Part shown: positions 1 through 10,121 of the stretch, one piece after another
Position numbering within the stretch: the first letter of the stretch is position 1
Layout of the letters: each line of letters begins with the position of its first letter
Source: Bacteroidaceae bacterium
GTDB lineage: Bacteria > Bacillota > Clostridia > Lachnospirales > Lachnospiraceae
Length of the DNA: 64,000 bases
Direction of reading: 5' to 3'
Assembly (NCBI GenBank): GCA_963650485.1
Contig: CAVJLN010000010.1
Location: 6,076-70,075, forward strand
Position numbers and translations under genes: made by a program
The notes under the pieces: generated by a model
Seen by the model: the letters and a program-made list of their open reading frames with translations, nothing else
What the model was told of the DNA's origin: nothing
Databases searched by the model: none

Positions 1-1302
1 TTCATACATCGGGAAATCTACGATCCAGCAGAATTCATAACAGTTCTGCTTCATATGTGCTTCACTGTTCATTCCAAGGTATTTCCGTAATACACCTGCC
101 CCTTTAAGTGCATCGCCCTTCTTACCTGCGGTAAGACCTACGAAATCGCCCTTCTTAAGGCCAAGCTTTTCGATGACGGCTTCCTTACGCTCCTGCAGAA
201 ACTTCGCTATTCCTCCAACCAGTTCGCCGTTTTCATCCAGTTTGAACCAGTAAGCCTTCTGGCCGCTCTGTACTTCCACATCGGCACAGATCTTATCAAT
301 TACCTTACGGGTTGCGGTGAACTGATCGACCACAATGGCTTCCACGCTCTGTCCCTCGAAAGGGCCGAATCCGCAATCGGCAAGCACCTCTGTTGCATCC
401 TGTAATACCAGATCAATTCTTAAGTCCGGCTTGTCGGAACCATACTTCTCTAATGCATCACGGTAAGAGATTCGGGCAAACGGTGCCTTGGATGCCTCTT
501 TATAAATACCGTACTTCGCAAATACGGGAGGTAATACATCTTCAATAACTGCAAATACATCCTCCTGGGAAGCGAATGCCATTTCCATATCGAGCTGATA
601 GAACTCACCGGGAGAACGGTCTGCTCTGGCATCCTCATCACGGAAGCAGGGTGCGATCTGGAAATAACGGTCAAAACCGGAGGTCATCAGCAGCTGCTTA
701 AACTGCTGCGGAGCTTGCGGTAATGCATAAAACTTACCCGGGTGATTACGGGACGGAACCAGATAATCCCTCGCTCCTTCCGGAGAAGAACAGGTCAGAA
801 TCGGAGTGGTGATCTCCAGGAAATCATGCTCGGTCATTCTCTGACGCAACTCTGCAACAACCTTGCTTCGAAGAACAATCTTTTCTTTGACCGCAGGATT
901 ACGCAGATCCAGATAACGATATTTCAGGCGGGTTGCTTCATCCGCTTCCTTACTTCTGTTAATTTCAAACGGAAGTTCATTGTAAATGCACTTGCCAAGT
1001 ACCTGAATATCTTCCGGTACGACTTCGATTTCACCGGTAGGAAGGTTGCCGTTCTTGCTGGAACGCTCCCGGACTGTTCCGGTAATGGATAACGTGGACT
1101 CATTATTAACGCCGTTTAACTTGTCCATCATCTCTTCGGTTTCCACAACCACCTGGGTGATTCCGTAAAAATCTCTTAAGATCAGGAATCCGAGATTCTT
1201 ACTTACCTTTCGCATATTATCATAAAATCCGACCAGTGTAACCTTCTCTCCCACATCCGAGAGACGTAACTGGCCACAGTTATGTGTTCTTGACTGTACC
1301 AT
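1..1302 (-). CDS. aspS: Aspartate--tRNA ligase (5' portion; runs off window start)
   Basis: Manual translation from CAT at 1300-1302 gives MVQSRTHNCGQLRLSDVGEKVTLVGF...LILRDFYGITQVV. Later motifs are TPILTCSSPEGARDY, YALPQAPQQFKQLLM, YFQIAPCFRDED and YGSDKPDLR. Missing from the ORF track because there is no stop in the window. Confidence 0.95.
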   Translation of the reverse strand, partial: MVQSRTHNCGQLRLSDVGEKVTLVGFYDNMRKVSKNLGFLILRDFYGITQVVVETEEMMDKLNGVNNESTLSITGTVRERSSKNGNLPTGEIEVVPEDIQVLGKCIYNELPFEINRSKEADEATRLKYRYLDLRNPAVKEKIVLRSKVVAELRQRMTEHDFLEITTPILTCSSPEGARDYLVPSRNHPGKFYALPQAPQQFKQLLMTSGFDRYFQIAPCFRDEDARADRSPGEFYQLDMEMAFASQEDVFAVIEDVLPPVFAKYGIYKEASKAPFARISYRDALEKYGSDKPDLRIDLVLQDATEVLADCGFGPFEGQSVEAIVVDQFTATRKVIDKICADVEVQSGQKAYWFKLDENGELVGGIAKFLQERKEAVIEKLGLKKGDFVGLTAGKKGDALKGAGVLRKYLGMNSEAHMKQNCYEFCWIVDFPMYE

Positions 1303-1407
1303 GACTAACCTCATTTCCTTGCGTATTTTATCACTAAACCGTATGTATTATAGCACAGCCCAGCCTTTACTGTCACTACTTGCATAAATTATTTTTCTTC
1401 GTCTCTT

Positions 1408-2331
1408 TTACCGCATAAAATAATGATTGAAGAATGCACACTCCTCATCATTACACTGGTCTGCCTCCGGCAGCCTGCAGTTAATATGAAAGACATGCGC
1501 TACCTCTTCCTTTTCCTTGCTTCCATAAATATGCAGTTCACTGTCAATTCCTACGCTCTGCAGTTTTTCATACATCGGCTGTGCATTCGGAAGTGTAAAG
1601 TCATGAACTGCACTCATAATAAATGCCGGTGGAAAATCCACAGTCAGATAATGTAGGGTGTCAAGGCTCTTAAGTCTTGCCTTTGCCTCCGGTGTATCAT
1701 CATAAAGATCCTCTCCTGCATATTCCTTAAACACATCAAAATCAGAATTGCTCTTCGGATCATGGGTATCATATACTCCACAGTTCAGGCCTACTGCACG
1801 AACCTTAAGTCCTGATGGAACAAACGGGAACTGCTTTGCATACTCTGGATTAGAGCAGATTGTCAAATACTGTGTGGAGAGCTGTGCTCCTGCCGAATCT
1901 CCTACTACAAAAAGATTATCCGTGTCAATCGCATATTCCTTTGCATGATCCCGTACAAAGCAGAATACCTGATTGATATCCACTAAAGCGGTCGGATATT
2001 TATGTTCAGGAGCAAGACGGTAATTAAAGTTCACAAAAGTAAATCCCCTCTGTGCCAGCCGCATTCCATAGAACTGGTACTGCTCCTTACTTCCGTAAAC
2101 CCAGCCTCCTCCATGGACACTGATAATCGTTTTCTGCGGTTTTGTTACCTCTTTCTGATGATAAATGTCGAGCAGATTGTCACTTCCGTATGGTCCGTAG
2201 GAAATATTGTCAAATCGCACAATATCCTCCGGTGTGGTAAGTCCTTCATCTCTCTTGTCATCACTGATTTTCCAGTTTACCCGGATGTCTCTTACTTTTT
2301 CACTTAACATATTCTGTTCCTCCTTTATCAT
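1408..2331 (-). CDS. Alpha/beta hydrolase (HSL-like esterase/lipase)
   Basis: HGGGW oxyanion motif, NYRLAPE, GDSAGA nucleophile elbow, C-terminal His (HVF). Confidence 0.88.
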   Translation of the reverse strand: MIKEEQNMLSEKVRDIRVNWKISDDKRDEGLTTPEDIVRFDNISYGPYGSDNLLDIYHQKEVTKPQKTIISVHGGGWVYGSKEQYQFYGMRLAQRGFTFVNFNYRLAPEHKYPTALVDINQVFCFVRDHAKEYAIDTDNLFVVGDSAGAQLSTQYLTICSNPEYAKQFPFVPSGLKVRAVGLNCGVYDTHDPKSNSDFDVFKEYAGEDLYDDTPEAKARLKSLDTLHYLTVDFPPAFIMSAVHDFTLPNAQPMYEKLQSVGIDSELHIYGSKEKEEVAHVFHINCRLPEADQCNDEECAFFNHYFMR

Positions 2332-2473
2332 ATCATCCTTTTTCTTACTTTATCTTCCTGATTCTCACTCTACGATTACCCCGGCGCAGCCAGAGCCATG
2401 AACATAATCATTTTCCTTTCCACTCCCCGTTACAGGAAAAAATGAATCCCCCAGAGCATCCATACCAAAGATA

Positions 2474-2600
2474 TTACAGTTTACTTTGGTAATTCTCTAA
2501 CTGATGAAAAATACCAACTATATTTACAACATCTGCTCTCACATCAAAAATGACAACATAATTCATCTGCATGCTCTGTAACATTTAATTTATAAACCAT
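2474..2600 (-). pseudogene. RelE/ParE-family toxin remnant with internal deletion and frameshift
   Basis: ATG overlaps the antitoxin end and reads MVYKLNVTEHADEL, then stops. Another frame gives MNYVVIFDVRADVVNIVGIFHQLENYQSKL*, a typical RelE/ParE C-terminus. The middle is missing. Confidence 0.75.
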
Positions 2601-2850
2601 ACTTTGCCCTCGTTTCGCCAAGTGCCATTCTGGCATCCTTTACCTTCCCTGTTTCTGCTTGCTTTTCGGAGATCTCTATATCTCTGTACATAGCAATCTG
2701 TCTCATGGTTGACTCATAAATCTCCATGCTCATAATTACCATATCACCATAACCATTCTTCGTAACATAAATTGGCTCATCTGTCTTGTGACACATCTCA
2801 GATATCTCCGATGTATTCTTCAAATCTTTAATTGGAATTATTTGTGGCAT
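2590..2850 (-). CDS. Phd/YefM-family type II antitoxin
   Basis: MPQIIPIKDLKN...EPIYVTKNGYGDMVIMS pattern; GGAGGT RBS upstream of the ATG at 2850. Confidence 0.88.
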   Translation of the reverse strand: MPQIIPIKDLKNTSEISEMCHKTDEPIYVTKNGYGDMVIMSMEIYESTMRQIAMYRDIEISEKQAETGKVKDARMALGETRAKYGL

Positions 2851-2872
2851 AATATGCACCTCCTTGATCATG

Positions 2873-2905
2873 GTCTAATTATACCATAATTATGTCCCGT
2901 TTCAA
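2873..2905 (-). promoter_or_regulatory. Sigma-A promoter of the TA operon with palindromic operator
   Basis: Minus strand reads TTGAAA-16 nt-TATAAT with TGn extension; palindrome CATAATTATG (2885-2894) lies in the spacer. Confidence 0.65.
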
Positions 2906-2977
2906 CTTCTTTTATTCATGATATATATCATCGTATATGCCATTCTTCTACCTGCTTTCCTTCGCCATCTAAAATCC

Positions 2978-3017
2978 AAAAACGGCAGACAATGACATTC
3001 CATCAAAGCCCGCCGCA
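2978..3017 (-). terminator. Intrinsic terminator after prfA
   Basis: Minus strand CGGCGGGC...GTCTGCCG followed by TTTTT. Confidence 0.6.
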
Positions 3018-3022
3018 TTTCA

Positions 3023-4096
3023 TTAATCATTCATCTTAGCCAGTTTTGCAGCCTGGTCGGCAGCAATGCAGGCATCAATAATTTCCTGAATGTCACCATT
3101 CATAATTTTATCCAGCTTATATAAGGTAAGGTTAATACGATGATCCGTCACACGTCCCTGCGGAAAGTTGTAGGTACGGATCTTCTCGGAACGATCTCCT
3201 GTACCGATCTGACTTCTTCGCATTTCTGCCTCCGCATCGTGACGCTGCTGCTGTTCCATGTCGTACAGCTTCGCTTTCAGGATGGCAAAAGCCTTCGCCT
3301 TGTTCTGGATCTGGGATTTCTCGGTCTGGCTGTAAACCACAATACCGGTCGGGTAATGGGTCAGACGAACCGCAGAGTCTGTCGTATTGACACACTGTCC
3401 ACCGTTACCGGATGCACGCATCACGTCAATACGGATATCCTTATCTTCAATCACAATATCAATATCGTCTTCCACCTCGGGCATTACTGCTACGGAAATA
3501 GTCGAGGTATGAATACGGCCGCCGCTTTCGGTTTCGGGGACACGCTGTACACGATGAACACCACTTTCGTATTTCATCCTGGAATAAGCCCCCTGTCCGT
3601 TAATCATGAAGTTTACTTCCTTCATTCCACCGATTCCGATTTCATCCACACTGAGGAGTTCTACCTTCCAGCGCTGACTTTCTGCATAATGCACATACAT
3701 ACGATAAATCTCAGCCGCAAAAAGCGCTGCCTCATCCCCACCGGCACCGGCACGGATTTCCACGATAACGTTCTTATCATCGTTCGGATCCTTGGGAAGC
3801 AGCAGAATTTTCAGCTTCTGTTCCAGCTCCTCCACACGTTTCTTGGCTGAAGCAAGCTCTTCCTTTAACATTTCCTTCATATCTTCATCGGTTTCTTCAT
3901 CGAGAAGTGCAAGAGAATCTTCAATATCCTGCTTCGACTTCTTATATTCCTTATATGCTTCAACGATCGGAGTCAGATCACTCTGCTCCTTCATCAGCAT
4001 ACGAAAACGTTCCTGATTATTTGCTACATTTGGCTCTGCTAGCTCACTCATAATTTCTTCAAAGTGAATCAATAAATCTTCCAGCTTGTCAAACAT
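3023..4096 (-). CDS. prfA: Peptide chain release factor 1
   Basis: GGQ motif, RF1 PxT motif (VPETE), [26 protein letters not shown]; start taken at MFDKLE after GGAG. Confidence 0.97.
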   Translation of the reverse strand: MFDKLEDLLIHFEEIMSELAEPNVANNQERFRMLMKEQSDLTPIVEAYKEYKKSKQDIEDSLALLDEETDEDMKEMLKEELASAKKRVEELEQKLKILLLPKDPNDDKNVIVEIRAGAGGDEAALFAAEIYRMYVHYAESQRWKVELLSVDEIGIGGMKEVNFMINGQGAYSRMKYESGVHRVQRVPETESGGRIHTSTISVAVMPEVEDDIDIVIEDKDIRIDVMRASGNGGQCVNTTDSAVRLTHYPTGIVVYSQTEKSQIQNKAKAFAILKAKLYDMEQQQRHDAEAEMRRSQIGTGDRSEKIRTYNFPQGRVTDHRINLTLYKLDKIMNGDIQEIIDACIAADQAAKLAKMND

Positions 4097-4134
4097 TTTT
4101 CCACTCCTTGTTCCATCTATCATCCATTTGATTG

Positions 4135-4971
4135 CTACATCATCGGCAGTCTTGCACTCACAACACGGTCAAGCCCTGCGAAATCCTTATACACGTCAAT
4201 CTCCTTAAAGCCCGCTTCACAAAGAAGCTCACTCACAGCCTGCGCCTGTTCACTTCCGATCTCCAACAGGAGCTGACCACCCCGTTTCAGGTAATCCTGC
4301 GCCCCACCAATGATTCTCCGGTAAAAGTCGAGTCCGTCCTCTCCTCCATCCAGCGCAATATACGGATCATATTTCCGCACCTCTTCCATCAGTGTCGGAA
4401 TGACCGCCCTCTCAATATAAGGCGGATTGGATACCAGAAGATCAAACTTCCCGGTCACCTTTTCATACAGATTACTTTCCAGAAAATCTGCTTTGATGCC
4501 AAGCAGTTCCGCATTCTGCGCTGCTACCTGCAACGCTTCCTTCGAAATATCCACACCGGTTCCTTCACAGTCATTCGAATAGTGCAGAAGGCTTAACAAA
4601 ATGCACCCGGATCCGGTACAAAGATCCAGAATCCGCATGCCGTCATGCAGATACCGCATCGCCTCTTCTACCAGAATCTCGGTATCCTGTCTCGGAATCA
4701 GCACATGTTCATTTACCTGAAAGCGCAGTCCCATGAAGTCCTGATAGCCTAAAAGGTGCTGCAGCGGAACATGAACCGCTCTCTGCTCCAACGCTTTCCG
4801 GTACTGCTCTTCTTCTTCTCCGGACACCTCCCGGTCTCCGTGACAGAGCAGTGTATTGTGATCGGTTCCGCACACCTCTTCCAGCAAAAGTCTTGCATCC
4901 AGCTGTGCCTCATCAATCTCCGCCTCTTTCAGTTTCTGCATTCCCATCAGAAAGGCTTCCGTGTAATTCAT
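4135..4971 (-). CDS. prmC: Release factor glutamine methyltransferase
   Basis: [18 protein letters not shown] and NPPY motifs; adjacent to prfA. Confidence 0.95.
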   Translation of the reverse strand: MNYTEAFLMGMQKLKEAEIDEAQLDARLLLEEVCGTDHNTLLCHGDREVSGEEEEQYRKALEQRAVHVPLQHLLGYQDFMGLRFQVNEHVLIPRQDTEILVEEAMRYLHDGMRILDLCTGSGCILLSLLHYSNDCEGTGVDISKEALQVAAQNAELLGIKADFLESNLYEKVTGKFDLLVSNPPYIERAVIPTLMEEVRKYDPYIALDGGEDGLDFYRRIIGGAQDYLKRGGQLLLEIGSEQAQAVSELLCEAGFKEIDVYKDFAGLDRVVSARLPMM

Positions 4972-6053
4972 TCTTCCCCGGTTCCTTTCTCCTTTTCGCC
5001 ATTCTTCACGGCAACCGTTTCTGCATTCTCCACAGTATCTGTACTGTCCTCTTCTACATCCTCCTCAGCCGGCACATCATCCTTCATCCAAGACTCATCC
5101 ACTTCATATCCGAATTCTTCATACAGATAATTTTTCCAATCAAACACTGCCTCAACGGATTTAATCGCTACTTCAAGCATTTCTTCATCCGGCTCTTTCG
5201 TCGTCAGTCTCTGCAGCCACATGCCGGGAGCAGAAATGATCCGGATCAGAATATTGTCACTGCGACCTGCCAGACGGATAATTTCATAGGAAATTCCCGC
5301 AATTACCGGAATCAGCGCGATCCGGAGCAGAACACGATATACCGGATTCGATACCCGGATAAAGAAAAACAGGATAATACTTACAAATACCACGAAAAAC
5401 AGGAAGCTTGTTCCGCACCGCTTATGAATACGGGAGCTCTTCATCGCATTATATACGGTAAGCGGTCTTCCCTTTTCAATGCAGTTGATGCATTTATGCT
5501 CAGCGCCATGATACTGATACAGGCGATGAATATCCTTCATCAGACTGATTGCTACAATATAAAGCAAAAAGATTGCTATACGGATGACACCCTCGATAAT
5601 CGCAAGCAGGGAATCATTTCGGATAAACCCATTCAGTAACGTGGACAGATAATACGGCAGCAGAATGAAGATTGCCATAGCCAGCACGACCGAAAGCACT
5701 GTGGTAAATCCCATCAAGATCTTCTCGCCACGTCCTCCGGAAATCTTATCAAGTGCCTTATCCAGCTTCGTTTCCTCTGCTTCTCCGTCCTCGTAAAACT
5801 GGGCAGAATGATTGATACATTTCATGCCAAGGCGAAGAGAATCAATAAAATTAAAAATGCCGCGTAAGAATGGAACCTTCGTAATTCTGCTTTCCGGAAA
5901 AAGCCCACGGAACACATCCACCTCGACATCAATTTCGCCATCGGCCTTACGGATTGCAACCGCATAATCGTCTTTATTCTTCATCATGACACCTTCCAGA
6001 ACGGCCTGTCCGCCGATTCCGGAGTAGTGTGCGGATTTTTTCTTTTTCGCCAT
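4968..6053 (-). CDS. DUF1385 family membrane protein (putative metal-dependent)
   Basis: IGGQAVLEGVMM, YHGAEHK and HKRCGTSF motifs; usual rpmE-DUF1385-prmC-prfA context. Confidence 0.88.
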   Translation of the reverse strand: MAKKKKSAHYSGIGGQAVLEGVMMKNKDDYAVAIRKADGEIDVEVDVFRGLFPESRITKVPFLRGIFNFIDSLRLGMKCINHSAQFYEDGEAEETKLDKALDKISGGRGEKILMGFTTVLSVVLAMAIFILLPYYLSTLLNGFIRNDSLLAIIEGVIRIAIFLLYIVAISLMKDIHRLYQYHGAEHKCINCIEKGRPLTVYNAMKSSRIHKRCGTSFLFFVVFVSIILFFFIRVSNPVYRVLLRIALIPVIAGISYEIIRLAGRSDNILIRIISAPGMWLQRLTTKEPDEEMLEVAIKSVEAVFDWKNYLYEEFGYEVDESWMKDDVPAEEDVEEDSTDTVENAETVAVKNGEKEKGTGEE

Positions 6054-6100
6054 TTTAAATCTCCATTTAAGTTGTGTGACAATTCAAGACTTATCCCTCT

Positions 6101-6300
6101 CACTAAACTCATGCTTCGCGTTCCGCTTGCATTCGTTAAGTGTTCCGGACTGGTTCACACTAAGTTCAAGCTGCGCTTTCACTAAGTGTACTCTACCGAC
6201 TCCACTAAATTCAGGTCTCGTCTTCGACTCACCTTCATTAAGTGTATCGGTATGGTTCGCACTAAATTCGAGTTTCTCTTACGCTCACTCTCATTAAGTG
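6101..6300. repeat. Tandem array of 4 hairpin units (CACTAARYTC-stem-TCRYTAAGTG), array 1
   Basis: Units at 6101-6142, 6158-6188, 6203-6244 and 6260-6300, separated by 14-15 nt linkers; internal stems covary. Confidence 0.9.
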
Positions 6301-6314
6301 CTCTACTCATACAC

Positions 6315-6348
6315 AAAAAAGGTTGAGATGATGTAACACCTCAACCTT
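6315..6348 (-). terminator. Intrinsic terminator after rpmE
   Basis: AAGGTTGAG...CTCAACCTT stem with a T-tract on the minus strand. Confidence 0.8.
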
Positions 6349-6358
6349 CATCGTTTCA

Positions 6359-6565
6359 CTATTTGCCTGCTACGCCATACTTCTTATTGAACTTATCAAT
6401 ACGTCCGTCAGTTCTTGCAGCCTTCTGCTGACCTGTGTAGAATGAATGACATTTGGAACAAACTTCAACGTGAATATCTTCCTTTGTTGAACCTGTTACA
6501 AAAGTGTTGCCACAGTTGCAAGTTACAGTTGCCTGATAATAATCAGGATGGATTCCTTCTCTCAT
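6359..6565 (-). CDS. rpmE: 50S ribosomal protein L31 (zinc-binding type)
   Basis: MREGIHPDY, CxC and Cxx[10 protein letters not shown]. Confidence 0.97.
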   Translation of the reverse strand: MREGIHPDYYQATVTCNCGNTFVTGSTKEDIHVEVCSKCHSFYTGQQKAARTDGRIDKFNKKYGVAGK

Positions 6566-6675
6566 AATTTCACCTCTCTATTATCATTTCTCATATTTTC
6601 TGTTCTCATCCACTGTGTTTCCTACGAAACAGCTTTTTAAGTATATCATAGGTATCATGCCTTTGCAAGCACTTT

Positions 6676-8106
6676 TTATAACCATTTGATCTTCTTAACC
6701 ATATTAACAAATTCCTGATTGTTTCTTGTTTTTGCAAACAGATCCAGAATCTTGTCCAGGGACTCTTCCGGCTTTAATCCATTCAGGGCCTTACGGATGA
6801 TATTCATGGCATCAAGCTCGTCCCCGGATAACAACAGGTCTTCACGACGGGTACTGGATCTCGGAATATCAATGGCCGGGAAGATTCTCTTCTCGGACAG
6901 CTTCCTGTCAAGCATTAATTCCATGTTGCCGGTTCCTTTAAATTCCTCGTAGACCACATCATCCATCTTGGATCCGGTATCTACCAGGGCGGTTGCCAGA
7001 ACCGTTAGGGATCCGCCTTCACGCATGTTTCTCGCTGCACCAAAGAACCGCTTCGGCATATGTAATGCAGCAGGATCCAGACCACCGGATAAGGTTCTTC
7101 CGCTCGGAGGAACGATCAGGTTATAGGCTCTTGCCAGTCGTGTGATACTGTCAATCAGGATTACAACATCCTTTCCATGCTCTACCAGACGCTTACCACG
7201 CTCAATTACCATTTCCGATACACGTTTATGATGCTCCGGAAGTTCATCGAAAGTAGAGTAAATAACTTCTACATTCGGTCCTTCAATTGCTTCTTTGATA
7301 TCAGTTACTTCCTCCGGACGTTCATCAATCAGCAGAATGATAAGGTGTACCTCCGGAGAATTACGTTTTACGGATTTCGCAACATCCTTTAAGAGGGTTG
7401 TCTTACCAGCCTTCGGAGGGGATACGATCATACCTCTCTGTCCCTTACCAACCGGACTAATCAGATCCATAACACGCATCGCCACACTTGCACCCGGCAT
7501 TTCCAGATGCAGACGTTCATTCGGGAAAATCGGTGTCATATCTTCAAAATTATAACGTTTGGAACTCTCTTCCGGCGTATAGCCATTGATGGTCTTCACA
7601 TATAACAGTGCGGCAAACTTCTCACCCTGTGTGCGCACTCTGGTATTTCCTTCCAGAATATCACCGGTCTTCAGTCCGAAACGGCGGATCTGACTCGGAG
7701 CCACATAAACGTCGTTCTCACCGGGAAGATAGTTCTCGCAACGGATAAATCCGAATCCATCCGGCATAACCTCCAGAATACCATGTGCACTGATTCCGCT
7801 GTCCAGTTCTTCGATGGTCTTCTCTTCCTCGGTCTTTCCGGAAGCTTCCTTCTCTTCCTTACCCTTGGATTCTTCCTTTCCTTTACCCTCTTCTTTGCTC
7901 TTTGTTTCCTTACGGTCTGCGGTCTTTGAAGTCATCACGCCCTTCGGCTGTGCTACTGTCTTACCTTCTGCTTTATCCTTTTCATCCGCAGCCAGCATTG
8001 CCTCTACCAGCTCGTCCTTCTTCATGGCAGAAATACCCCGTAGACCTCTTGCCTTTGCTACTGCTTTTAAATCAGCAAGTGCTAAAGATTCATACTTTTC
8101 TCTCAT
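6676..8106 (-). CDS. rho: Transcription termination factor Rho
   Basis: DGFGFIR RNA-binding motif, [30 protein letters not shown]; start at MREKY after GGAGGA. Confidence 0.97.
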   Translation of the reverse strand: MREKYESLALADLKAVAKARGLRGISAMKKDELVEAMLAADEKDKAEGKTVAQPKGVMTSKTADRKETKSKEEGKGKEESKGKEEKEASGKTEEEKTIEELDSGISAHGILEVMPDGFGFIRCENYLPGENDVYVAPSQIRRFGLKTGDILEGNTRVRTQGEKFAALLYVKTINGYTPEESSKRYNFEDMTPIFPNERLHLEMPGASVAMRVMDLISPVGKGQRGMIVSPPKAGKTTLLKDVAKSVKRNSPEVHLIILLIDERPEEVTDIKEAIEGPNVEVIYSTFDELPEHHKRVSEMVIERGKRLVEHGKDVVILIDSITRLARAYNLIVPPSGRTLSGGLDPAALHMPKRFFGAARNMREGGSLTVLATALVDTGSKMDDVVYEEFKGTGNMELMLDRKLSEKRIFPAIDIPRSSTRREDLLLSGDELDAMNIIRKALNGLKPEESLDKILDLFAKTRNNQEFVNMVKKIKWL

Positions 8107-8261
8107 ATTCTCCTCCAAAATCTATGAAAACTGTATACAATTATTACATTTCAAAAGGGAATTTTCTTACGAATTGCAAATGATTTGTCATACAATAAAA
8201 TGATTATACAACATCCATTTCCAAAAGGGAAGTAATTTTTTTAAGATTCCCGGCAAATATG

Positions 8262-8447
8262 GTAACAGTTCAGCCATGCAGAAAGGATTGTGCAAGATGA
8301 CCCATGGGAGCTTGTTCACTACGGGCAGCTTGTACAATCCTTTCTATAGGGCAGACGCCCGACATGAAATAAGTTGCCGGAAAGCACGTATATTTATCCA
8401 ATCCGTACAATCCGGCAACTTATGAATGGGCATGACTGAACTGTTAT
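8262..8447. ncRNA. Four-stem multibranch structured element (Clostridiales-1-like RNA or REP-like repeat)
   Basis: P1 8263-8279/8430-8446, P2 8280-8296/8329-8345, P3 8349-8360, P4 8369-8381/8411-8423. The structure is visible in the sequence; the family assignment is unverified. Confidence 0.6.
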
Positions 8448-8502
8448 GGCAAATTTGTAACAAAATAAGGCCTGTTTTTATAAAAGGCATTATTTCATCC
8501 CT

Positions 8503-10041
8503 TTACTCGTTCAACGACTGTTTTACCGGAACCTCGATCTTACGATCGTAGCAGGCAAAGGTATCTTCTACCCATTTTTCCTCCGGCTTTTTGGTGAAAA
8601 GGCTGACAACCGGTACAAGAATCAGACCTGCCACCATAGCGAACGCTCCTGCATTAATCGGAGACTGCAATACCGTCGGGAAGGAGCTTCTAAAGAACAG
8701 ATTCAGTGTCATCACACCGACACCAAATACAAAGCTGACATAGCAGGCAGCCCTGGTTGTCTTTTTCCAATATAAGCCATACAGGAACGGTGCGAGGAAT
8801 GCTCCTGCCAGTGCGCCCCACGATACTCCCATGAGCTGTGCGATAAAGGTCACGTTGCTCTTATACTGCACGATTGCAATCACTACGGAAATTGCAATAA
8901 ATACCACGATCAGAAGCCGCATAATGAACACCTGCTTCTTTTCATCCATGTCTTTCACGATATGATCCTTTAATACATCCAGCGTCAGTGTTGAACTCGA
9001 TGCCATAACAAGAGAAGATAACGTTGACATGGAAGCGGATAGTACCAGAATCACTACAAGTCCCATGAGAAGATCCGGGAGATTGGAAAGCATTGCCGGG
9101 ATCACGGCATCATAACCATCTGCTGCGATGTCAATCTGGCTGCTGTACAGTCTTCCGAATCCACCAAGGAAATAGCATCCTCCGGATACCACAACGGCAA
9201 ATAAAGTAGAAATAATGGTTCCCTTTTTGATAGAAGCCTCACTCTTGATCGCATAGAACTTCTGCACCATCTGCGGAAGTCCCCAGGTTCCGAGGGATGT
9301 CAATACAACCACACAAAGCAGGTTAAGCGAATCCGGTCCAAAGAAGGACGCAAACACACCGGGCTGCGTAGACACGGCCGCATCCTCTACATTGGCAAGT
9401 CCATTCAAAGCTTCTAGGAAACCACCGTTACTTTTTAATACGGCTGCAATTACCACAACAATACCAAACAGCATGATAAGTCCCTGCAGGAAATCATTGA
9501 TTGCCGTTGCCATGTAACCGCCTGCTACCACATAGACACCTGTCAATACCGCCATTACCAGAATACATACCGCATAATCAATATGAAACGCCATTCCGAA
9601 CAATCGGGATAACCCATTATAAAGCGATGCCGTATATGGAATCAGAAATACGAATACGATCACGGATGCCGCAATCTTTAAATTCTTGGACTGGAAACGT
9701 GTGCCAAAAAATTCCGGCATGGTCGCACTGTCTAAGTGCTGTGTCATAACACGGGTTCTTCTTCCTAAAACCACCCAGGCAAGCATCGAGCCCAGCAAAG
9801 CATTACCAATTCCGATCCAGGTCGAAGCGATTCCGTATTTCCATCCAAACTGTCCGGCATATCCTACGAAAATAACTGCTGAAAAGTACGAGGTTCCGTA
9901 AGCAAAAGCGGTAAGCCACGGACCGACGCTCCGTCCGCCAAGTACGAATCCATTCACATCTGTTGCATGCTTTCTACAGTAAAAACCAATTGCCAGCATC
10001 ACCCCAAAGAAAATTACCAGCATTAATATTTTGATAATCAT
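8503..10041 (-). CDS. Sodium:solute symporter family protein
   Basis: About 13 hydrophobic segments; FVLGGRSVGPW, TMPEFFGTRF and LSASMSTLSS SSS motifs. Confidence 0.9.
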   Translation of the reverse strand: MIIKILMLVIFFGVMLAIGFYCRKHATDVNGFVLGGRSVGPWLTAFAYGTSYFSAVIFVGYAGQFGWKYGIASTWIGIGNALLGSMLAWVVLGRRTRVMTQHLDSATMPEFFGTRFQSKNLKIAASVIVFVFLIPYTASLYNGLSRLFGMAFHIDYAVCILVMAVLTGVYVVAGGYMATAINDFLQGLIMLFGIVVVIAAVLKSNGGFLEALNGLANVEDAAVSTQPGVFASFFGPDSLNLLCVVVLTSLGTWGLPQMVQKFYAIKSEASIKKGTIISTLFAVVVSGGCYFLGGFGRLYSSQIDIAADGYDAVIPAMLSNLPDLLMGLVVILVLSASMSTLSSLVMASSSTLTLDVLKDHIVKDMDEKKQVFIMRLLIVVFIAISVVIAIVQYKSNVTFIAQLMGVSWGALAGAFLAPFLYGLYWKKTTRAACYVSFVFGVGVMTLNLFFRSSFPTVLQSPINAGAFAMVAGLILVPVVSLFTKKPEEKWVEDTFACYDRKIEVPVKQSLNE

Positions 10042-10121
10042 AACTCTCTCCTCTTTTGCCTTTCTATATCCTCTTTAGTTATGTAAACCGCATAACAGAA
10101 CAATATAAAACGTGCCTTGCA

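Noticed and set aside
450..1092. ORFs 450-674 (-) and 742-1092 (+)
   Set aside because: They are alternative-frame and antisense shadows of aspS.
3140..5639. Long plus-strand ORFs (e.g. 3140-3850, 4851-5639) and similar ones across the window
   Set aside because: They are antisense to well-supported genes and show no recognisable motifs or RBS.
6076..6297. 73-aa plus-strand ORF over array 1, and array periods (57, 45, 57, 60, 57) all being multiples of 3
   Set aside because: There is no RBS, the 31- and 41-nt units shift register locally, and the variation follows base-pairing rather than codon position. It is probably a by-product of the repeat.
6101..6300. CRISPR or TIGR-like guide array interpretation of the repeat arrays (also 46208-46366)
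   Set aside because: The variable segments are self-complementary stems, and the linkers are only 14-18 nt and related to each other. No cas or Nop-domain gene is in the window.
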